A DNA stretch of 64,000 bases from Camelus ferus. Its lineage: Eukaryota. A program made the translations under genes and the position numbers. Positions 27,410-39,029 of the stretch are shown here, piece after piece. The first letter of the stretch is position 1. Each line of letters opens with the position of its first letter. Location of the stretch: positions 49,168,001-49,232,000 of the forward strand of contig NC_045696.1 of assembly GCF_009834535.1 (NCBI RefSeq), read 5' to 3'. The notes under the pieces were generated by a model, which was not told the DNA's origin, ran no database searches, and worked only from the letters and a program-made list of their open reading frames with translations.

Positions 27410-27990
27410 ATCCTCCTACTACTACCACCCTTCAGCCTACAGTTCATTGGCATCCCTCAACTGCTGACTTCGAGGATCTAGCAACAGAACCAAAAAAATT
27501 GCCCTTCCCATTGTCAACTTTGGCAACAATTAAGGATGACACAATTGGCACGATCATTGCTAGTGTAGTGGGTGGGGCTCTCTTCATAGTACTTGTAAGT
27601 GTTTTGGCTGGAATATTCTGCTATAGGAGAAGGCGGACGTTTCGTGGAGACTACTTTGCCAAGAACTACATTCCACCATCAGATATGCAAAAAGAATCAC
27701 AAATAGATGTTCTTCAACAAGATGAGCTTGATTCTTACCCAGACAGTGTAAAAAAAGAAAACAAAAATCCAGTGAACAATCTAATACGGAAAGACTATTT
27801 AGAAGAGCCTGAAAAAACGCAGTGGAACAATGTAGAAAATCTCAATAGATTTGAAAGACCAATGGATTATTATGAAGATCTAAAAATGGGAATGAAGTTC
27901 GTCAGCGATGAACATTATGACGAAAATGAAGATGACCTAGTTTCACATGTAGATGGTTCTGTAATTTCCAGGAGGGAGTGGTATGTTTAG
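27410..27990 (+). CDS. NECTIN3: Nectin-3 alpha terminal coding exon (Thr-rich stalk, transmembrane helix, cytoplasmic tail with afadin PDZ-binding EWYV), 581 nt including the stop
   Basis: Acceptor ttccatcAG at 27408-27409, phase 1. Translates DPPTTTTLQPT...IIASVVGGALFIVLVSVLAGIFCYRRRR...SVISRREWYV followed by TAG. Confidence 0.98.
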
Positions 27991-30450
27991 CAACCACTAA
28001 ATGTGACTTAACTATGTACAATGTTTCATTCATACTAGTTGATCATTTTCAGATTGTTCATACTTTTTCTTGAGGAAGAATAAGCTTTTTCAACTTGATT
28101 TTCAAGCTTACTTTTTATATTCTAATTTGACAAATGGAAATGTAAAATCTGGGTTCAATATATCTGAGCTGCTTTACAATTTTTTTTTTCAATGCTGTAC
28201 TACTGTCTCAAGATTTAAATTTTAATGCAGAGTACTTTATTGGTCTGAGGCACACAGGTAAGAAGAAATGTCAACATTAATGTATGACTTTTTTTGGTAC
28301 AAAAATTAAAAAAAAAAGAAAAAAAAGGAAACTACCTTGGCATTGTGTATTAAATGTCTACCTAAGACTATAATCTCAATTATAATGTTTGTTAAACATA
28401 ATACCTCTCAAAATTTATCACCACTAAATGATATAACATCAGAATTGACTACAAAACTAATTCAAGAAATGTTTATATTTTTAGTATACAAAAATATCCA
28501 GCCTAATGAAACACCTTTCTTTTCAAACATTATTTTCTAAGTTTCTATACAAATGGAATCTTTACCTCTGCATTTTAATGAGCCTTGCCATAATTACTGT
28601 AGAGTGGCTTTTCAAAGGTATTTTGTTGCACTAAAACCTGTGGTAGTAAACTCAGTGAACATGATGTGTGGAAGAGCATAATTAGCTGATCAATATTTTT
28701 GTCTGAAATACATTCAAGAATAATAAAAACATGCCTTTTAAACATGATAATACAGTTTTTTTCATCTCTGGAGGACAATGCTTATATTGCCATGTGAAAA
28801 TGAGTTTTGGTGCATTAAGTGGTAGTTTTGTTTTGATGCTTTATATCCTAAATATAAGAATAATAATGGAAAAATGGTACATAGTTAAATATAGTACAGA
28901 GAGAGCATTTCAGTATATAGAAAAACATGGGGAAACAAGCATTGGAGTACCAGTTTTAGAAATGAAACAAATGTTTCAGCCAAGAATCTATATAAAGAAT
29001 TTTGTAGATCATCTTGTTTTAGTCATTTATTATTGATGTTCAAGCGGGTAAATATATAGAAAAAATAGAGTAAACTTGGAAATTTGAGACTGAACAAGAA
29101 AAATCTGAATTATAGAACTAATCACTAACATTTGCTGATGGATATTGGCAAACCATCCCCTTTTTCCTCCTAAATGTATGTATGTGTTTCAAGATTTTTG
29201 TTTTTCCAATTAAAACTGGAAATATGAGGTTTTTTGTTTTGTTTTTTATACATAATTAATTAAGTATATGCTTTCCAAAAATCGTGTATCTTTTGAAAAA
29301 GGAATGTTACTAAATCTTCAAATGTAGATCTTTTTGTGAGGTAGATTGCTTCTGCATTGGAGTCCTATACAATTGTAATGACAGCTATTTTGAAGCCCAA
29401 AGAAAATGTTTTTTTCTGTTGATGATTCATTTGAAAAAAGAACTGTGTAGAATTGCCTTAGGTGTTTTGCCAGGGAATTCAAGTAGACATAAGTAGGAGA
29501 ATCATAAATTAAATAAATTATTTTGTTATTAAAAAGGCAGAGTAGGTACTTTTATTTTTCACCCTTCCAACCACCTTCTTCCCGATCCTCGTCAGATCCA
29601 AAAAATGTTTTTATAAAGCAAAGTTCTAACATGTTCATAGAATGTTGCAAGTAGTAAAGGCTTTATTCTACGTGGTTATAAACTAATTTGCTTTATTTTA
29701 ACCATTTTTTTGGAAGTTAGAAACCTGTTTTATTTCTCTTCCCACTTAGTATAACACTAAAATACCAGTCAAGGATACGGTTAAGCTCACTGATACCTTG
29801 TTAGAAATATTTGATTTAAATATAACTAACCACTGATAGACAAATATTAAGACTCTTTGGTCCAAATCGTTGGAAGGAAAACTTTCTTGATCCATACCCT
29901 GTGACTTTATTTTTTTATTTTAAATGTCAGCAATGATACGGCCATAAGAAAGATGAGTCTAAAAGCTTTTGCTATGGAAGATGTAAATTTGTGAATTTTT
30001 TAATCAAAGTTTCATATTTGGAACAGTGGTTTGAAATGCTGTATGAATCTGAGAAGAGCAATTCATTTAGAATACTGTATAAATCTCAGTTTGAGTCTAA
30101 GATCAGCAATGTATTTCGGAAACTATTTTTAAAATATAAATACCTACTTAGTGATTATTGTCTTCCTTTTGTATTATGGCCATTGTGTGGTTAGGGTTCT
30201 TTTGTTTGTTTAGTTTTTGTTGGTTTTTGGTTTTGGTTTTGGCAGTAGAGGGTGACATGAAAAACTGCAAGGGAGTATTTGATATATTCTGTATCCTTAA
30301 TCTAGACCATTTGGCAAGCTAAAAGACTTCAGAATTTTAAGAATCTGATACTAGTGCTTAAGACTTTTTGAAGCATTGCACTGTTGTTTATTGGAACTTT
30401 ATGTGTTTACTGTTCATAGAGACTTGTTTGTAAACATAAATGGTCATATT

Positions 30451-30456
30451 AATAAA
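30451..30456 (+). promoter_or_regulatory. Candidate proximal polyadenylation signal (alpha)
   Basis: AATAAA with an upstream TGTA (30429) and T/GT-rich downstream sequence. Confidence 0.55.
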
Positions 30457-31334
30457 CATTTTTGTTAAATTTTTGAATATCAGTGATGTGCACAGCTAAT
30501 TGATGGGTATAGATGAAATCCTACTCTCTTCTTTGAAAAGATGGAAGAATAGTTTTACTGTATTTTGGCCAGTGTTTTAATTTATTTCCTTTATGTGCTT
30601 TGAATTGATTTTTCATTTTTGTATTCACTTTAGAGTCTCTTTCACACTGGTTAAAATATTTCAATAATATGATAGAGATGAATGCAACTCTTTATTTTTC
30701 CCCTTTTAACATTTTTATTAAAATACATTGAAACTTTAATAGGCTAGGGTTTAACTTTAAAAGTGGTATTTGAGAAGTACTTTCTAGTTGAAAGATTTTG
30801 TATTTTACCATGTGCCTGAAAGGTTTCTATTTGATAAGTTTAACATTAAAGAAACCATTAAGGTTTTTCAGTAATAGGTATTGCTTCTGATAGCCATATA
30901 TAGGAACGTTTTGTATTGATAACCCAGGCTGAATGTTAGTATAAGGGGCTATAGGAAGTATAATGTGTAGTGTAAAAACTGAGAGAAATGTAACAAAAAC
31001 ATCTGATTTGAGTTTGATTTTGCTTTTGGTAAACACTGCTAAAACAAAGAATATGAATAAGAAGTTGTCAATGTGTGGAAGTAATCAATGTAAAGTATAA
31101 GAAAGGAAGAAATAGTACTCCTATTGAATTTTTAATTCTAACAGGAATGCTTTACAGATTGAATTGTTTTCCCTGTTTACTTGTTAATGTATCACCCATG
31201 CAGAGCTCCTTTCTCAAATTTTTGGAATATTGGGATTGGATTTAATTTCAATTTGTACCAGTGATTTTTTTTTTTTTTTTTTAACTAAGTTGCTTATCAG
31301 GTGGTAGCCCCAATAGCCATGTGACAAATCTTTA

Positions 31335-31340
31335 AATAAA
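31335..31340 (+). promoter_or_regulatory. Candidate distal polyadenylation signal (alpha)
   Basis: AATAAA followed by gtttgtttgtttttt. Confidence 0.55.
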
Positions 31341-32574
31341 AGTTTGTTTGTTTTTTAATTCTTTAGAGGCATGTTTCTATAATAAGCCTGTAGCTCTGGA
31401 TTACCATCTTTGTCCTCATATTTGCTGGAATGAAAGAGAGACTGTGTGTGTGTGTTACCTAGTTTCCTTTAATTAATGATGTTTTTGTGGAATTAGAAGC
31501 CTATTTTAATTCTCTTCCCAAACAAGAGTGTATCAGGCAAAAGTTACAGTTAAATAGTTAAGTAATGTTCAAGGAAGCATCTAAGTTGGCATGTTAACCA
31601 TTATAAAATTTGCTTTTAATTAACCATTTAATTCCTATCTCATACACATATCATGAGTAACATTCTACACAGTCTGAATTATCTTTGTAGCCCTAGCAGT
31701 TAAAACAAATTTTAAATGTTTTGCTGTGACTTGGACATAAATCAAATGTTTATGTATTAGCTTTCAGCTTGGAATTAACACATAAGATTGTTTTTAAGTT
31801 TGACATTTAGTGTCTTTCACTTACTGCTTGTGATCTGCCTTGACTAGGAATGACATTGTTTCTTACTGTTTGTAATCACCTTCTCCCTTTTCTGTACTAT
31901 TGACACTGAAAATTATGACTTTTTCCTAAACTTTGAATTATTTTAGAGTGAGCAGCAGTTTTTTTTTTCAAATCACATAATTTGACTGGATTAAGTTTGG
32001 TTTCATTTCTGTTACACCAAGTAAAAATTCCTGTAAGAATCTTTGGAATGATGTACACGATATACCAACTTTTCAGTTTTCTTCTGTTATGTTCCAGTAA
32101 GCTGCACTTTTTTCAAGTACCTGTCTACTTTGAGTAAAATCCATCAGAAGCGAGCTTGAAACCAAACATTGCTTTCCAAAGCTTTTGCTGTGTATATCCT
32201 TAGGGGTCATTTTTTTCTTTGAACCTTGATGACAGTTTTTTATCATGTTCATTTCAACTTCGAAGGCTAAAACTTAAGTCACTTTCTGGGTATTTTGTTT
32301 CACTTGGTCTTAATTTATAGCTGCTGTTTATTCTGGCTGAGTGCTACGGCTGAGGCCTAGTGAAAGTGAGTTTATTAGAATAAAGTATAAATAATCCTCA
32401 AAGTTAGAGAATTCAGGGCTTTATTTCCTTTCACACATAATACTTCTGTATAGACATGATACCTAATTTCACAGTCTCAGTTATGAGAAATACTTCGGGA
32501 AAAACCTAGTCTTGAAAAGAGGTTGATCTAAAAACTAGAGGTAATGAGATCTAGAGGCCTTGGCCTTCCTTTTT

Positions 32575-33190
32575 TAAAAAACATGAAAAATTATGCAAAA
32601 GTAAGATAGGATAATGAAATTAATATTCACGTACCTGTTTCAGTTATCAGTTCTTGGGCAGTCTTGTTTCATTTAAACTCTTACCACATAATCCCTCCTG
32701 CTTTTAGTTCATCTGTAAATACATCAGTATATAGCTCTAAAAGATGAACATTTAGAAAAAGTAACCACAGTTTCATTACTACACCAAAAATGAGTAATTC
32801 CTTAATATCAAGTATCATTCAAATTTCTAATTTTTTTTCCAATTTTAGCTGTTACCAAATACCTATACATTGGTTGATTGAAATTTCTTTTAATCTATGT
32901 GTTCTCTGTATGCCCTTCCCCATCCTCATTTTTTCCCATGCAGTTTATCTGGTGAAGAAAGCTTCATTTGTCCTGCAGTTTTCCAGTTTGCATTGTGCCA
33001 ATTATACCTCTGTATTTTCTGTAAGTTGACAGTGAGATCTAGAACCTTGATAAGATTAAGGTTTAATCTGTGGCGGAAGGGACAAGGTTACTTCTTCAGT
33101 GGTGGTATGTTCCTTCATCAGAAGGCACATAGTAAATGATTTCTTTCAGTATTAGCAGCCATTTGATGCTCAAAGCATAGACCCTCTAAC
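32575..33190 (-). mobile_element. Old LINE-1 3' fragment (L1MC/ME-like)
   Basis: ttcatctgtaaatacatcagtatatagctctaaaagatgaac...aaccacagtttcattactacacc resembles antisense old L1 3' ends. Confidence 0.55.
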
Positions 33191-35288
33191 AGGGAACCTA
33201 TTTAATGTCTAGATCTATTAACTGTTCTTTTATTATATCATGTGCTTTGATGTCTGAATAATTATGTCCATGCTGCTCCCTTTACCTGAAATTCCTCCCT
33301 TTGCCACACTGGGAAATTAGTCCATATTCAATCAAAGTCCAGCTCAAACTATAGCTTTATGAAACTTTTCTTTTTCCTTTAGAATTAATAACTGCTGCCC
33401 ATATTCTTGTATCAATTTATATCTAATATAACCACATTTCATTCTAGTTCTTATCTAGTCTAGATCAGTGGTCTTCAACACTCTTGACTACCTGTCAGTT
33501 AGTTTGTATTCCTAATGTGTGTAAGTTTATAAATTTTATATGTACTCCTATAGAGGTTTGCTATATATACTATAAGATACTCAAACATGAAAAATTAGAA
33601 ATGTTTAAGTCATGAAATAACATTAAATGTTTTTCACCAACAGTATTATTTAGGTAAACAATGTGATTATGCTTCATTTAAAAAGTTAACTTTTTCCTCA
33701 CTAAAACATTTTTCAGGAAACCACATGATGTAATGTGCTTCATTTGGTTTTTTAATTTTGGTTTTTTGTGTTTGATTCAGTGATTCAAAGGTTTAAGTCC
33801 ATATTCAGTATATTTTGATACTAATTTTTAGGTATGAAAGCTAATGCTACTTTAGAAAACATGTAAATTTAAATGGAAGAAGTACATTGTTGAGGATCTT
33901 GATAGTTTTCATCCCAACTCCTGTTTTTAGAGCTAGTCTTCCATGTTCAAGATGTTTGGTTTTTCAATGTCTTGCTAATCAGAATAGCTTCTTCCCTCAC
34001 ATTAGGTTATTTCAGCACAGGATACATTTAGTGTAAGGTTTATTGTTAACCAAAGTAAATATAAATCTGTATTTTATTTGGTTTCTGAATGTATTTGATT
34101 TGGGGGGCGTGATTTGTCATATCTGATTAGATTGCCATGGTTTTACTTCATAAAGTAACTGGTAAAATTTTGGTGTTAGAAATAAGTTACTTGCATTGCC
34201 TTTGCTTGGATTTTGTTGTTGTGCTTACATTAGTGATACTATCTTCATTCTTTCAGTTGTTTGCAGGAATGACATTTACTAGGAATAAATGCTTGCTGGT
34301 ATATAACGTGTTTGCACTGATACCCTCACTTGGTCTATGTGTCAGATGTTCACCTGTCACACAGAGCACCCATGTCATGCCTCCTGTGTATCTTTGACTT
34401 TTAGTTAAATCTAGGTAAGATTTTAGTTCATTCAGCTGAGCTTGCATAAGTCACAATGTGTCACAAGATACTGACTATGCCGAGAGGGACAACCAAGTAA
34501 AGATGGAACTGTCTTTTCACTTTCATTCTGGAACTGTCCCACTCCACACTTCTCGTAGGATATTGTGGTGCCCTGTGTGGCAGAAGATACCTGACACATG
34601 GACCAGGTAGGGTTCCTAGTGCCAGTCCATGTCCTATAATACAACATTAATTTTTATTTAATGCTCACTCCTCTGTTTTTAGGTTACTGATAATTTCTTT
34701 TTATACTTCATTGGAAAATAAATATTTTATAGATTCTCTGACCCTACTTTAGGGATTTGTCTCTCTATTGTGAGGACAGGGACTGCATAAAATTTATTCT
34801 TGCATTCCTAGCACTTAGCACAAGCCCTAGCACACGTTAGGTTACTATTGGTAATTTGCTGGATGGGAGGCTGAGGAAACTGACCTGACCCAAGTAGAGG
34901 ACTTTTATTAAAAAGTAGTAAGATAAATATATGGATGAATATAAAGGCTTAGATGTCATGTTGAAAAGATAAGTATTAAAAGGTTATTGAAAAATAAGTG
35001 TGGGATATATTTGTGGGGAAAAACTGGTAATACAGTGATATGTATTATGGGAATACATGTATTTACTCCCAAGTATAAGGTGAGAAGATAAGTTTGTAGG
35101 GTATCACATTAATCTGTGAATCATGTGATGGTATTACAGAAGTTTCAGTGAAGGAAATGAAGAAAAACAGAGGGATGAAGCTTAATGTTTCAATTAATTT
35201 TTAGGACTTGGTATTTGTAAGTATGAAAAGGGACTGACTATAGATTTCTATACTCACCCATTCTAATTAGTTTATTGCACTATTCAGT

Positions 35289-35409
35289 TATTTTATTTTG
35301 GAGGGAGGTAACTAAGTTTACCTATTTTTGGAAGAGGTACTGGGGATTGAACCCAGGACCTTATGCATGCTAAGCTTGTACTCTACCACTTGAGCTATAA
35401 CCCTCCCCC
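35289..35409 (-). mobile_element. tRNA-Ala-derived SINE (camelid vic-1-like)
   Basis: Reverse complement GGGGGAGGGTTATAGCTCAAGTGGTAGAGTACAAGCTTAGCATGCATAAGGTCCTGGGTTCAATCCCCAGTACCTC has Pol III A and B boxes and an AGC anticodon loop, followed by the family tail (AAACTTAGTTACCTCCC) and an A-rich end. Confidence 0.88.
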
Positions 35410-37799
35410 TGCATTTTAAATGATTTTAGCAAATTACTGTAAACATGTATTTTATTGTGTAGAAAAGTTAACTTTTAAAAACATTATAATGCCTCAGTTT
35501 TAGATGTGAATTAGGTGAGAACATGTTGAATAGCTTTTACATACGTTTTATTCATTTGTATCAGAGTAATAACAAAAACTTTATTTCAATTCAATTTCTA
35601 TAATATTTACATTTTTTCAAGAAGTAATGAAAATTTTTTGGCATCATTTGTAACTGATTTTTGATCATTCTCCTCAGGACACAGGCATGGTATCTTTAAT
35701 GATGGATAGTGTACTTTTGTTGTGTTGAGGGATGCTATTTTTCTGTTTCAGGAGGTGAATTTCCAATGTATATTGGTTAATAAGCTGCTCTGATAACTGG
35801 AACGTCTCTTTTAGGAGACGTTCACCAGTCCTTGATGCTAAATATTTTAATGCTTTTGTCTTTTTGTTTTCTGCTGCTTGTAAGCATATAATTAGGTTTA
35901 GTAGAACACCTCCTTAGGTGATACAATGTTGCTTCCTGTCAATCACTCTGTAAACTTGCTTAATGTTTAAAAATGCCAAATTTTTATACATCTGCTTACT
36001 TAATTTTTTTCTCCTTGTAATAGTTTTGTTGGAATATAGAGTGTGTAGATTATATGGGCAGAGATGTGGGGAAGCCATGTTGGGGCTAAATTCTCAATTT
36101 TCATCAAAATTCTTTGACTTGAATGTAAGAAATTTCAGCTCTTTGCATTTTATACTAGGGTTTATCACCAATTAATACCTTTAAAATCTTAATACTCTTA
36201 AATATTTTTTTATCTTCTCAATTAGAAGATCAGAAAAGAAAATATGAAATGTATGTCATATGTATTTAACATAGTTTAACTTATGTAGAGTAGGATATCC
36301 AGTTAGTAAATGGGCTTATACTTTTTTCTACCTCCTCATTTCAGCACTTACTAGCCTGTTCTGATACTAAGAAGAAGTGTGTAAAAAGAGGATAGATAAT
36401 GATAAAAATGAACCAGGTGAAGTAAATATGCTCAAATTAAGACAGAAGGAAAAATTATGGTTATATATACAGTGAACTCTCAGCTATAGAATTCTAGAGC
36501 TAGAAATTACAAAACTAACAGGACAGAATTGGATAAGTAGACCATAATTTAAATGTTTAAAAAAATAGTATCTATTTACACTTGAGAATTACCTCAGGAT
36601 ATTAAAAAAGTATATATTCAGAGATGGGAATTGCTTAGGATATTAAAAGTCTGATGTTGTTTATTACTTACAAAGCACTACCAATTGAATATTATTGCTA
36701 AGTTTAAATGAAAGACTTTCTTGGAGGAGCTATGAGGTTTAATGAATTTATAATGATCTGTACATTGAAGAATATTAATTATGGCTAATTATATTCAAAG
36801 AGTAACCTGAGTTTTTGAAAAAATTTCAGTAGTATTACTATAAATATAATACTTACTTTGTCATTATCATCAAAATAACACTCAAATTTAAATTCTCCAT
36901 GTTTGGGCAAAAATGATAGGGACACTTTATTCCTTAGCAAAAGAAAAAATTCCATTAAGTGAAAACCTTTAGACTAACTAGTATGGAATAGGTAACACAC
37001 TTGACACATTGGGATTTTTTCTTTTTGCCACTGACAAGGTGTATGACAAGGTGTAGAAGACAAGATTAGCCCTAAGTCATCCCAAATCTCTTTTCTACAT
37101 TTATAAGAGTAGAGTAATATTTGACTGGCTTGGATTTTAAATCTTTTTCTCATGTAGCACATATTCAAATGGAATTAGTTGTGGTTAGAGAAATGAGTAG
37201 GAAGACAAGCCAGACAAGTATTAGCAAATGAGGGATAACATCCTGAATAATAAAGCGGGTTATGTTATTTTAAATAACTATATTTTTAGATTCTATTAAG
37301 TGTTTGAAAGATAATTGAAATGCACTCATTGGTATAAGATTTTTAGTCTAGAATGAGACTAATAAAATGACCCGTTAATAAACAAACCCAGGATCATTAG
37401 TTTTCTAAAGAATTTTTCATTATTGGAAAGAAAATAAAACATTCTTTTTAGCAATCTAAAATACTATGTGACTCACATTTTAATCAAAACAGTTTGAAAA
37501 TATTTCTAAATATGTATTTTTAGGAAATACTATGATATTAAGTGAAACATATTTCAAAACCAATATTGCTTTCATTCTATTTAAATAGGCCACCTCTGGA
37601 TTCCAACAGTAATTGTAATTATTTAAGAGTATATGTGAATGCCAATTAATTGAAAACTAAGAGGTCTACATTTCCAGATGGGGACCCAAAAGGATCACTG
37701 TGATCATTGAGAAAAATCATTCTCTCCCAGTAGGGGCATACCGTTGGAGGCTTCAATCCTGCCGCAACCTAGCTTTATTTCACCCTGTGTTCTTTCCTA

Positions 37800-37945
37800 T
37801 TCATTGATTGAATGACCTTGGGCAGAGCATTTAACCTTTGAACTGCAGTATCTTCATTTATAGAATGTTACCTTAAATGTCTTTCTTATTGGTTAGAAAG
37901 ATAAAATGAAATCATGTATATTGAGGGTACTTTGTAACTGATGGG
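37800..37945 (+). mobile_element. MIR SINE remnant
   Basis: tgaccttgggcagagcatttaacctttgaactgcagtatcttcatttatagaatg is the MIR core. Confidence 0.7.
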
Positions 37946-38890
37946 TCACCCCACAAAATTTAGTTACTGGATTTAAGATGGCTGAAATTATCAAAATAAT
38001 AACTTACACATAAGGATTAATAGTTTTGTCATATCCATAATACTCATATTTGAACATAATTTTTGTGAATTCCCTCACTTGGGAGTTCATAAAGTAGGGT
38101 AGCTTTTTATAGAATTGTGTGAAATGCTAACTGCTAAATATGCTTTAAAAATCCTTTCTTACAGTATTTGTGGGGCAGGCAGGGGAAGAGAAATTGGTAT
38201 TCAAAAATGTTACAGTGTGTCTATAGCCAGGAAATAGGGAAGAATTTCTGTTTACATGAAACACTGTCTTAAGTGTACTTTGTATTAAATGTGTGCGAGT
38301 TAAGGGAAATTATCTGCAACAAAGACTGTTTTAATAATGTCTGCTTTAAAAACTACTTTAAAATTTTTCCATGTCATTTTTTGATTGCATTTATTAGATC
38401 TGGGATATTTTCTGTTTTTTAGTATTGTTATTTTGCCCTTTCTTGAAGTTTTTGGTTTATTTAATATAATCTCTTTTAATGGAATAAAAATGGTAAATGT
38501 CTATATTGTTGGCTAACTCCATTAAAGAATACTGAAATTTTTTTTGTTTTGTCACCTTTTAGAGTAAGAACTTCGTTTTCATCCTTTATCTTCTTTTCTC
38601 CTCCAGATATTCTTTGACTATAGAACATAGATTCACTAATTGATGTCTAACTGGGTATGCTCTTTTCAAAACTTTAAAAAAGCAAAGCTGGAGAACTAAG
38701 GCGACATTTTGCCAAGAATAAGGGTGTTAGTGTAATGCTACTAAAAGTAATGAATCAAATTTGGGGTTCACTAAGCTTGCGGTTGGCTAACATATTTTAG
38801 TCAAGTCTGCACATTTTAGAAACTAAAGGATACAGATTCAAGAACTCTTCTTAAAATTGTTTAAAAAACCTAATTTTTGTTACTTTACAG

Positions 38891-39029
38891 ATGTTCCATT
38901 TAAACAGACCTCTTCTATAGCTGTGGCTGGAGCTGTAATTGGAGCTGTCCTTGCCCTTTTCATCATTGCCATCTTTGTGACTGTGTTGCTGACTCCTCGG
39001 AAAAAGAGACCATCCTACCTTGACAAAGT
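38891..39029 (+). CDS. NECTIN3: Nectin-3 beta/gamma alternative transmembrane exon, 139 nt, phase 1-2
   Basis: Acceptor tttttgttactttacAG at 38889-38890, with ctaat branch-like motif upstream. Translates DVPFKQTSSIAVAGAVIGAVLALFIIAIFVTVLLTPRKKRPSYLDKV, matching the known beta/gamma TM segment. Donor AGT|GTAGGT at 39030. Not in the ORF track. Confidence 0.95.

Larger units (their letters stand above)
27991..31360 (+). other. NECTIN3: Long AU-rich 3'UTR of the alpha isoform (end inferred)
   Basis: Follows the stop codon. No transposon recognised over about 3.3 kb, in contrast to the introns. AATAAA at 28722, 30451 and 31335. Confidence 0.65.

Noticed and set aside
35334..35409. tRNA-Ala(AGC) genes (also about 49612-49682 and 52238-52310)
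   Set aside because: Stem mismatches or deletions, a shared non-tRNA tail, A-rich ends and a TSD identify them as SINE copies.
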